64,000 bases of DNA from Lama guanicoe (Eukaryota): contig MU054132.1 in assembly GCA_013239625.1 (NCBI GenBank), positions 1,056,001-1,120,000 on the forward strand, read 5' to 3'. Position 1 is the first letter of the stretch. Every line of letters starts with the position of its first letter. Both the position numbers and the translations under genes were made by a program. The notes beneath the pieces were generated by a model that worked only from the letters and a program-made list of their open reading frames with translations, did no database searches and had not been told where the DNA came from. Below are positions 54,136 through 64,000 of the stretch, one piece after another.

Positions 54136-56421
54136 CCTAAGAAAAGCCTTAAAACAGGTCTTCAAAGGTCCTTTCCTTCTAACTGCCTTTCTGATGATTA
54201 GTTAGCACTCACGAAAATCCACTGAGACATGACATGTTGTGGCAGTAAGAGCACAGTGCTTCTTACTAGACTAGGTTCAATTCTGAGCTTTGTTATTAAC
54301 CTAACTTCAACTTCTTCAAATGAAAACTGGATACTGTTATACATTCAAAAGCCCTTTACAAGTTCCAATGTGTTATACAAATGATGGTTACCCTTATTAT
54401 TAATGAGATGTATCAGACAGAAAAATCTGCTCAAGTTTAGATTCAGGTAAAAATACAAGATCAATTTATAGTAGGTATGTATGCAAGTTAGTAGTTTTGG
54501 GGGAACAAAAATTCTCCTGTCTCAGAGTGTGGCTCTTTCTATAATGCTTCAATTTTTCTTAGAAAGGAGAATGTATTCATATACTACTTGTAGGCTTACA
54601 AATTAAAAATGAAAATATTCTATATCTACATATGTCTTTTGGCATAGGGTGGCGTTCCATTCCACAAAGAAAAGCAAATCATATAAGCAAATTTATGGTT
54701 TAAAAAGTGTATCAGAATTATGGACTCACTCAAAGCTCAGGAAGAAGCTATTTTGTTTCATTTAACATAAACTTCAACAGAAACTGAAAACGAATGGCTC
54801 ACAGTATAATTAAATGCTTTGCTCAGATGAAGGTTCTTAAGCTCAGTCCCTGAACTGGCTTCAAGGGAGTCTCAAATACCCTAAAAGTAAATGTAATGTG
54901 CTGTGTTAATGGGAATGGCTGTCTTGCTGTGTCTACATCTAGGAACACAGTGTGCAGCTTTGTGTTTAGGCTTCATTTATGAGCTATAATGCCAACTTAT
55001 GGGTTGGTTATAATAGCTGTTCAGAAACTCTAACATTAGATTTATTTTTCTGTTAAGATTTCACATTTTTGATGCCTCCGAATTTTTCTAAAAGTAAATC
55101 CTTTGCATTCCACCTGATGATACAAGTGACAGTGATAAAACACCTAGGATACTTTCTGTGTCATGACATTCTAACAAAGCAGTTTTACTGTTTCCCTGCT
55201 GGGATGACCTGAGGGAAGGATATCACATCACATTCAGAACAGTTATCACAATAAAAAGCCACCTACTATGATTAACAATGGAAGCCACCAGTAACACTGC
55301 CATTTGTAGAGCACTTAGTTTACTGCAGCTTGACCCAAACAGTGTAAATAACAGTAATTTGCCTCCAAGGCAGCACAGCTTATTCCACAAATAATTTGTG
55401 GTTAAATCTCGTTAAGCCCTCATGTAATGGAAACAGCATCAACATAAAATGAAGGATAATCCAGTTCCATGCAAGATTTAGAAATGAAATCACTCTGTGC
55501 CTACCCACCAGTCTTTGTCCGGAACCCTCTCCCCAGCCCTACCATGTAATCAGGTCAACAAGGAGGAAGAATTCAACTGTAGCCAGGTTTCATTTTACTT
55601 TCATCAAAATGAATATGCTAATAAAACCCAAGAATTGCCCCAAAGCTTTAATTCTAGGCTACCTATAAGAAGGTTAGATAGGATTGTGAATTACTCTTTA
55701 TAGTACTTAAATTCTTGTACTTCAAACCTAAGAATAGATTATTGAGCTCTCTTAATGAAATGAAACCTAAGACTTAAATTGAACTTTCTTAATAAAAAGA
55801 AATGTTTGCCAAACTAGAAAAAATTCTTTATGCCACGCAAATCACCTTATATATACTCTTAATTCAATCAACACATTGCATTTGCAAATCTATCTACTGT
55901 AGAGAAAAATTAACCCAGAATGGTTACAGAACTGGACATTCCACTGAATTCTTACCGGATACAGCATACTAGATTATCAAATCTAATGTAACACATTTTA
56001 TTTATTAATTCAGAAGGCATTTTAGGAAGTCTGTGAATGTGAATTTTAATTAGACTAAACAAAACCTAAGTATAGTAATACAAAGTATCTAACAGTAATT
56101 GATATGCCATGGAAGCTGTCACTCGGCCAACTATCTTTCTCACCAGATGCTATAAAATATCAAATAGTCATATGGGCTTCTTAACTCTTACAGATTCTGG
56201 ATAAAAGGGAGTTCACTCTGATAATCCAAAATGACAACATAAGTGGCAAAGCCTGGCAAAAAGTAAAAAGCCCATGTAATTATGGGTTGGATTAGAAGCT
56301 TTGTTAGACTGAGAGCTCATGCCTCAAGTGTCTTTATTTATAAAAGTCATATTTGGCCACATTATACTTCAATAATTAACACCCAACCAAAATCCAGTCC
56401 ATACAGTGTTAGTGTAAGATG

Positions 56422-56440
56422 TTTATTAGTGTAATTTATT
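56422..56440 (-). terminator. Tandem AATAAA polyadenylation signals, likely 3' end of the short MAP4 isoform (3'UTR about 2.5 kb)
   Basis: Plus-strand tttatt at 56422-56427 and 56435-56440, with another at 56333-56338, at the end of a repeat-poor block following the E-A-stop exon. Confidence 0.6.
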
Positions 56441-58917
56441 TAGCACAATGATCACATTAAAATGTCCCAATATACAAAACTGTTGAAGTCTAAAGTCACA
56501 AAAAATACAAACTTAGGTGTGTGAATAAAGTTATAAAAATATTATTTTAAAAACAAAGTTCTACATCTTCAACACTGGGCCAAAAAAGAAAAAAAGGGGA
56601 AAAAAAGAGATAGAGAAAGAGATTGCATGTAAGAAACAACACATTTCAACAGAGCAACCCTGACTGTTTTGGCTGCCTCACCAGTGAGGTACCAGGCCAC
56701 TGGGGGTGACCATCATGGCCATACAGTATTTCATTACAGGACTGGCTACTTCACATGAAGCTGTATGTGAAACATTACATTTATTTCCTTCCAAATGAAA
56801 CATCCAAGTGAAACAGAGCTACATATACACCAAACTTCAGCTGGCTGTCAGTAGAAAATTTCACCAATTTCCTAAGTTCAAAAAGAAAATATATTTGGAA
56901 AAAAAAACTAATTTCAAACAAAAATAAACATGACAAAACAAATTAAAGTTGAATAAATCAATGTCAATAATGGAGTGTGAGTGTGGGGTTTTGACCACAG
57001 CCATCCCATAGGAGTCACAGCCAGGCTTTCCACCCATGCATCACTTAGACAAGCTGCGGAGACTAGTTAGAAGACACAAAAGGATGGCAAGTCAGCACTC
57101 CCAGCTGTGAAAAGCTCCTCGGCCGAAAAAAAAAGGGGCACAAAGAAACCTACGAATCAATAACACACCAAAGGGAAAGAGCTGTTTTATTCAGTGGTGT
57201 GATCTCCTATGGTACTTCTCATATTTTTCTCCTATGGTAAGAGTTTTCATACTTATCAACTGCTTAGGAGGTAAGCTCTTCCCCTAATATGTGCCTCCTT
57301 TGTCTTCTCTCCAGAACCCACAGAAGCAATTCGTGGCAAAGGAACCAATCCTGGTGACCACAACAGGGAATGCTTCCTAAATTCCTGAAGTCATTGCAGG
57401 GACTCAGTTTAAACTTTCATAATATTCTAATTTTACCATCCCCAAAGTAGCTTTGTATCACAGGATCTAAAACAATACACATCTCGAAATCTTCCTCAGA
57501 ACATGGTGCCAGATACTTACTTTAATCTGAAACAATCAGATTATAAAAACCTGCAGTCAGTAAGAGGATAGAAAATTTTAGAGTATCTCACATTCCAGAT
57601 CTTAAACCAGAACTCCTCTATGATTTCAAAACATGGCCCATATTTTGTATTCTATTTCTAAAAATCCGATCAAAGCTTATCATTTGAAAAGTTCCACAGT
57701 ACTTATCCCTGATGGTTTCAGAGTTTTTTAGCTATTAGTTTGGAAAATAAGAAATGAGAAAAGGAAAGGCCCACTGAGACAATCTTCAGAATATGTGAAG
57801 GTAAATGCTCAGGTTCATGGTAAAGGGCTTGACACTCAAGTCTTCATATGTGACCATCAGTCCCACTACAAGCATCATAAAGGTATCGCCAGAGTTCAAA
57901 GGGAGACTAAGCCTGAACAGTCTAAGTCTAGTCAGGTAACATTTCAATAGAAATCCAGTAATTGGTTGTCATTCTTCAATGTGTTGCAATTTAGCTTCAT
58001 TCTCAGGTTGTTACAGAAGAAGTTATTTTCTATCTGTATCCACACCCCAGTATTTAACAACACAGGATTCCATTCTCCTTAACTCCTCAATTATTATGTT
58101 GATAGTTTACAATCATAATAAGAAAGAAATCTGGGATATGAAATTCCATACACAATAAGGTTGTCAAATTTTCAGGAAAATCTAAGCCTGGACAAATAGA
58201 TCATAATTTCATAATAGAAACAATTTCAGCCCAACTTGCAAATAACAAAGGATGATTTAATTTGAGAAATATTTTTTTCAAAGTTTAATCAGAGCTACTC
58301 TAAATTAGAAAACTTTAAATGAAAACAGCTATCATTATTCAGATGTTAGTAAGGTGGAGAGAAACAAAGGTAGCCTGAAAGATGACTCTACCCTAAAAGC
58401 AAGCTCACACAGGGGAGCAGAAGGAGGGGAAAAGGGAGGTTCACAGCAGGGCTGGTGGACTCAGTCCCTTTATGGAAGCACACATTCTCATTTGCCATCA
58501 CAACACCCTGATTCAGGCTGAAGATCTGAAAACCAAAAGAAAACGCCAACTAAAAATGTTTAAAGAAAAGAAAAATGCGAGACTGAATTAAATGATAAAA
58601 TGAGACTTAAACGAGAACAAGAAATAAAAGGCATTTGTTGACCTTCATAAAAATACTAAAATTAAAAAGGATTCCTCTGGTACTTTGTGCTCACAAAGGG
58701 AAAGGAGGTTCCATCAAGCCCTGCGGAGCACAAGAGGAAGCAGGTGGTTTGCTCAGGCATCAGCAGGAATAGGCCCCGAAGAACTACCCTCAGCTTCTTT
58801 ATCGTGTCCAGGAAGGAAAGCAAAGCTCTGCAAAATGCTGAAGGTTTTACAAGTATAACGGTGCTTAGGAAAGATCACTGGTCTGGTGTTGCAGCAGCCC
58901 CAGTGTTGAGAGACACG

Positions 58918-58925
58918 CTAGGCTT
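58918..58925 (-). CDS. MAP4: Coding start of an alternative terminal exon of MAP4 (G|AA GCC TAG = E-A-stop), short N-terminal-only isoform
   Basis: Long polypyrimidine tract (58929-58980) ending cctag, with TACTAAT branch-point consensus near 58995-59001; splicing from the 69-nt exon gives DTTEA*, as recalled for the human ~99-aa isoform. Confidence 0.8.
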
Positions 58926-59372
58926 CTAGGAGGAGAAAAACAGAAAGGGAGGAAGAAGTAGGAAGGGGAAGGAAAGGGCGGAAAAGCACAGGTCATTAGT
59001 AAACAGCAAGTTCAACACAGCAAGATGCTCATAAACCCTTTACACGCTATCAGCAGAGCTGGTCTGCTCTTAGGACTAGAGATAACACTATGAAACAGGA
59101 ATGGGAAATTTCAAAATGGCCCAGAGCTATATGCTCCAGTTAGAGATGGCCAAATTAGAATGCAGTCACAACATGCTCCAAAAACATGCACTGTTCACCC
59201 CCTATTCCTTCCCACCCCCAATAAAACATGCATATTTTCAGTAAAGCACCTGCTTTAATATAGTCAAAAGATCAAATTCAGAACACAAATATCTTCCCAG
59301 GTGCGCAAACTGCATCCTACACAAGGGTGGAGAGATGTCCAAGAGGAGGAAGGCCTGCTCTCAGAATGGCAT

Positions 59373-60025
59373 TGTGTGGGTTTGTCACCAGATGTGGGTT
59401 CTGGCTAGCAGAAGTCCCACTGAGATGGGATGAATTACTCGAGACTGTGGAAAAAAGTCAAGAGAGCGAGAGGGAGTCTGGAGCCAACTCCATGAGCCTC
59501 TCAAATGCTCCCATATTTATTGTGTACAGTCAAAGGAGGAATGCAGGAACTTAGGGAAGGACAGGGTGGGATCACAATGAGTACAAAGGCTTTGTTTATT
59601 GTTGGTGTTTGGCTCAAGGTCAGAAGACCCTTTTTGGTGAATTATGTTAGTGTTGAGACTTTTAGCTAATTAGGGCAGAACTTACAAGAAACAGCTGCTT
59701 AACAACATTTTTCTTGGACTCAGGTGGCTGTGCCTGTCTTAGGTTGCCCCCCTCAGGGGATCTTATCGCCATTGGCTAACCAGCCTTCTCACCTCTGAGT
59801 CTGCAGCTTTTTATAACTTGTTTATCATTTCAGCCAAAGGCTGTTTTGGGGATAGAAGACTATCTAACAGCAGGCACGCCCAGTGTTTATAGCCAAAGGC
59901 CTGGGTGGCTGCTAAAACCTCAACTATGCAAGCAAGGCGGTTACTAAGCACATGTTTGCTCTTCTTTAAAGAGATAAGTGGCTGGGGTCTGTTATAATTT
60001 GTTAACCCCATCGTGGGCTCCCACA
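59373..60025 (-). mobile_element. Probable solo ERV LTR (653 bp) with 4-bp TSD gcat, same orientation as MAP4
   Basis: TG...CA termini; gcat at 59369-59372 and 60026-60029; minus-strand AATAAA at 59516-59521 and 59595-59600. Confidence 0.6.
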
Positions 60026-61683
60026 GCATTGGGCAGTTCATCAACAGCTAGGTTCTTTTTTGCCACCAGGGAACATAGGTCTTCAAACAGTAAGGGCCAG
60101 GCTGCCTGTTTTCCTGAACTTCCCCCCCCACATTGTTAACCCGTGGCTGTGGGAAACAACCACTACATCAAGTCTGAGTCTCTTCTGGTCAGAGCTTACA
60201 CCCTGCTGGAGAAGAAACCTACTCTAGTTGTAGTGGTTGTTTGCTTCCTGGATGAAAATGGTAATCACGCTCACAAATGGTTAATCAAATAAATCCCCTC
60301 CAAACCTTGCCTTCCCCCCACACTGCCTCCTCATTACAGAAAGCTGAATCTATTTGTTTTTTTAAAAGTTCATGTTCAAGCCTCTTCTCCTTTAATCATG
60401 GGGATTTATAAATGTTTTCTTAAAACCAAAATTACAGAGACAAATTTGCTTTCAAAGCAGACAGAAACAGTCAATACCACATACAAACTAAGATTATCAA
60501 AGAAACACAAAAATTTCAGTTCACGAAACTGGAAGGTAAGGCAGCACTTCTGGCTATTTCCAGCTTTCAAATTAAAGAGTTTCTAATTTATGAGTGGCTA
60601 ATAAAGATACATTGTCACTGGGTAAAACAAACATTCACAACAAATAGAACCTAGTCATCAGTAAATCTATAAGCTATAAAGATGTATACAATGTTTCTAA
60701 AGGCCACAGGATAAAGAATAAATCCTGGAATAACTGCTACTGCTAAAAGAAGGCTTTCTGGAAGTTTTAGAAACCAAAAAATCCTATGGTGGCTCAAGGA
60801 AAGGCTTCTCAAGGCTAAGGTATGCGTGCAAGAAAAGAAACACAGACATGCCTAGCACTCGCCGCCACTGCAGTAATGTGAAGCAAATCTTACACCCCAG
60901 TTAAAAGCACACTCTGCTGCAGAGGACAATGTGCCGGATCATTAATAGGCTTTATTTGGGTCAACGGTGTCAATCTGATCACAACTTAGGTTGTGCACTT
61001 AAGCAAAGTATGTGCAGTTCTTTATAAAAATTCAACTATGGTTCTCACATCAACTACTTAAGAAATGATTTTTGTAGTATGGCCCTGTGGACCCTGCTAC
61101 TGCTTCAAGAATTTTGCTCACTACAGATGCACTGGGGGTGGGGGGTTGGCGCTAGTTATGAGGTGGGAACCCACAGGAACTCAGCACTAACTCTAGTAAT
61201 GGGAGAGGCGTTCGAGACAGATTTCAAAAAGGGAAAAAATAAATGAAAAACAGACTGAGGGCAAAAGAGAAAGGAAAGAACTTCCAATATCTTGCTCACA
61301 AGTTTCCTAACACTGAGCCTTGGAAAGCAAACTAAGTGCAGCGTGCTTTCAGGGAAGAGATCCGCCCAGAGCTGCAGTGGCTGAAGGACTCCAGTATTTT
61401 GATGATGGTTATTCTGCAGCTATAGGCATAGTGTTAAGATTGATCCAGCCTGTGTGGTACAACTGCAACAGATACTCAAGGAATATCAAATGAAATTCAC
61501 TCCTTCTTTTGTTGGAAATGTTATGTGGCAGGTGCCCTGGGTTTCAATACAACCAACAAGATTAGGAGTACCCTTAGAAATCATCCATGTGCTTCCACTA
61601 ACGAGCCTCCTCAAAGGAACTTATCAAGGTGTTTGTTTTGAGTGTTTCACTCACACATTTGGGGGATCCTGGGAACCACTTAC

Positions 61684-61752
61684 CGGTGGTATCATTCCCT
61701 TCTATTCCATGGTCGCCATTGGCTAGCACTGTTGGTTTAGAAGAAGGAGCAC
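61684..61752 (-). CDS. MAP4: MAP4 internal coding exon (69 nt, probably exon 3): (G)APSSKPTVLANGDHGIEGNDTT(G)
   Basis: ttgtttcag acceptor and G|gtaagt donor; phase 1-1; translation matches the recalled MAP4 N-terminal segment DTPSSKPTLLANGGHGVEGSDTTG. Confidence 0.93.
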
Positions 61753-62249
61753 CTGAAACAACCAGAAAAAATAATTACCCATTGTGACAGATAGACAAAT
61801 GAAAAACAGATCCAACTACTGTAAAACTAGTAGGATTCCAGTCACACTTCATAGTTTACTAGCTAAAAGCAGATAAAATCTATCCAAAATTTAAAGATCC
61901 AATAAAAGGAAACCCAGAAACATAGAACAGAATTGAGTCATTAATTTCTAATCCAAACTCTGATAAACACCACCACTACAGGAGAGCCCTTCCTAATACA
62001 ATAAATAGCAAGTCGAAATCTGTTCTGCTCTGTAAGTTGCCAAAGATCACCATTATATTGAATAAAACCATCATGAAGCAGCACGGGTTTATAACCTGTG
62101 ATTCAGCTCAAATGCTGCAAGGACACAGGGCCATTTAAAACAACCCCCACATAAAAAGTCCACATCATTGCTCCTGTACATGAGGGTTACCTGGAGGTCA
62201 CCAGCAGCACTTCTGGAAGCAGAGATTTTTTTTTTTAAAGCTATTCTAA

Positions 62250-63110
62250 TAGACTGTGGTTGTTTTTCAGTCCCTAATAACTAAGGATGTTGAGCAACCG
62301 TTCATGTGTTTACTTGCCATTCTTTCATTTTCTTTGGTGAGTTAAATGGTCAATTTTTGGACTATTTTTTAATTGCATCGTTTATTTTCTTATTACTGAA
62401 TTTTGAGGATTCTTTATTTTTCTAAATATCAACCCTTACAGACAAATTTTGCAAATATTTTCCCCCATGAATGTATGAGAAAATACATCCAAGAAATGTA
62501 TTTTCATTTTCTTAACTGACTTTTCAACAGCAAAAGCTTTAAATTTGATTAAGTCTAATTTATTTCTTCCTTCATGATTTCACGCTTCTGGTGGGGTTTC
62601 CAAGAATTTTTTGCCTAATTCAAGGTCACAGAATTTTCTCCTACATTTTCCTCTAGAAGTTCAATAGTTTTCAAATTTAGGTTTCATATTGAGGCCTATG
62701 ATAAATTCAGAGTTAAATTTTTTATGTGGTATAAGATATGAGTCTAGGTTCATATTTTTGCACATAGACATTTAACTGTTCATTTATTCCACTGATTCCT
62801 GTGCACCTTTATTGAAAATCAATTGACCACATCACATGTGGGTCCATTTCTGGACTCTCTCTTCTGTTCCACTGACCTGTGCCAGTACCACACTGTCTTG
62901 ATTACTGTATTTCTACAAAGTCTTGAAATTAGGTCACATGAGTCCTCCAAATTAGGTCTTCTTCAAAATTGTTTTGGTTATATTAGTGTCTTTGCTTTTC
63001 CATATAAATTTTAGAATCAGTTGTTGATTCACCAAAAATAATAATAATAACAATCCTGATGAGATCTTGATTGCGACTGCAATAACTCTATCAGTAGGTC
63101 AATTCAAGGA
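62250..63110 (-). mobile_element. L1M ORF2 3' remnant
   Basis: gatgttgagca...ttcatgtgtttacttgccatt; ccatataaattttagaatcagtt motifs. Confidence 0.75.
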
Positions 63111-64000
63111 CGTACAACCTTTTCCAAAAGGCTCTGACTACATCTAACATTTCAGCAACCTGCCCAGCTCTGCAGATGGTCTACCAAGCCAAGAGGTTTC
63201 TACAAATTACTCTTAAGAACTTCATAGACATTTTTCATAAGACAAGTAAAAATCCAGAACGTATGCTACTAAAATGTCAAATGCAAGATTTTACTTTGGA
63301 AGATAGCAAACTACAAAGCCCTACCCTCTGGGTCCCAGAAATCCATGGCAGAAACCTTTCATATAAACTTATTGAAAAGATCATTCATTCTGTTATCTCA
63401 GATAACAGAGGAACAACTAAAGGGAACAATGTAAAAGAACAAGACAGACTGAAAAGAGAGTGTCTATTAACTGGAAGAGGAAAATAAAGGAATAAAAGAT
63501 AACAGACTTTTATTAAATACCCAGCCTGCACCAAGCGCCAAACTAGGGCTTCACATATTGTGTTTTACTGATCCAGAGAGATGCCAAATATGTTCTACCC
63601 CGTATTTGGGATGTAAATATGGCCATACATATTTGGCATAAATAAATTCCCTTTTACCCCTACACAGTAAGCTTATAAAATTTATTTTTCCTAGCTCAAG
63701 AAATAATGCATAATTTAAAAAATATGCCTCACTTTAAAATGCAAATTGGAAATAAAATAAAATGAAGACTATAGGAAAAGGCAAATTACAAAAATACTAC
63801 CATATTTTGGCCATGAGAGTGATAAAATCTTCTTAAAATTTGGTAACAGCCAGCGTTGGCAAAGGTGTAGGAAAGTAGGTTATTTCATAAACCACTGGAG
63901 GAATATAAATTGAAGCAACCTCTTTATGAGAAAATTTGGTAGTCTATCAAATTTTGAAACATCAGCTTAATCCATTTTAGATACGCAGTTCACAAAAAGA

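Overview
This is mammalian genomic DNA, most likely from a camelid: it carries three tRNA-derived Vic-1-like SINEs, and I recognised no Alu, Bov-A2 or PRE-1 elements. The whole 64 kb lies inside the MAP4 (microtubule-associated protein 4) gene on the minus strand. I can place six constitutive projection-domain exons of 69, 123, 114, 135, 1098 and 123 nt, all phase 1-1 with GT-AG ends. Alternative exons include a 3.3-kb muscle-type cassette, a 51-nt cassette, an oMAP4-type alternative N-terminal exon with 1.46 kb of coding sequence, and an alternative terminal exon giving a very short isoform ending TTEA*. The first coding exon and the microtubule-binding exons lie outside the window. The rest is intron filled with L1, L2, MIR, ERV/LTR, hAT DNA transposon and SINE remnants. 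I see no wholly new gene system. The most interesting signals concern isoform control: competing splice acceptors, an RBFOX motif cluster, a candidate second 51-nt exon, a single in-frame stop isolating the oMAP4 ORF, and a sense-strand solo LTR among the terminal exons. Comparisons with human/mouse MAP4, exon numbers and repeat family names are from memory, not from a database search.
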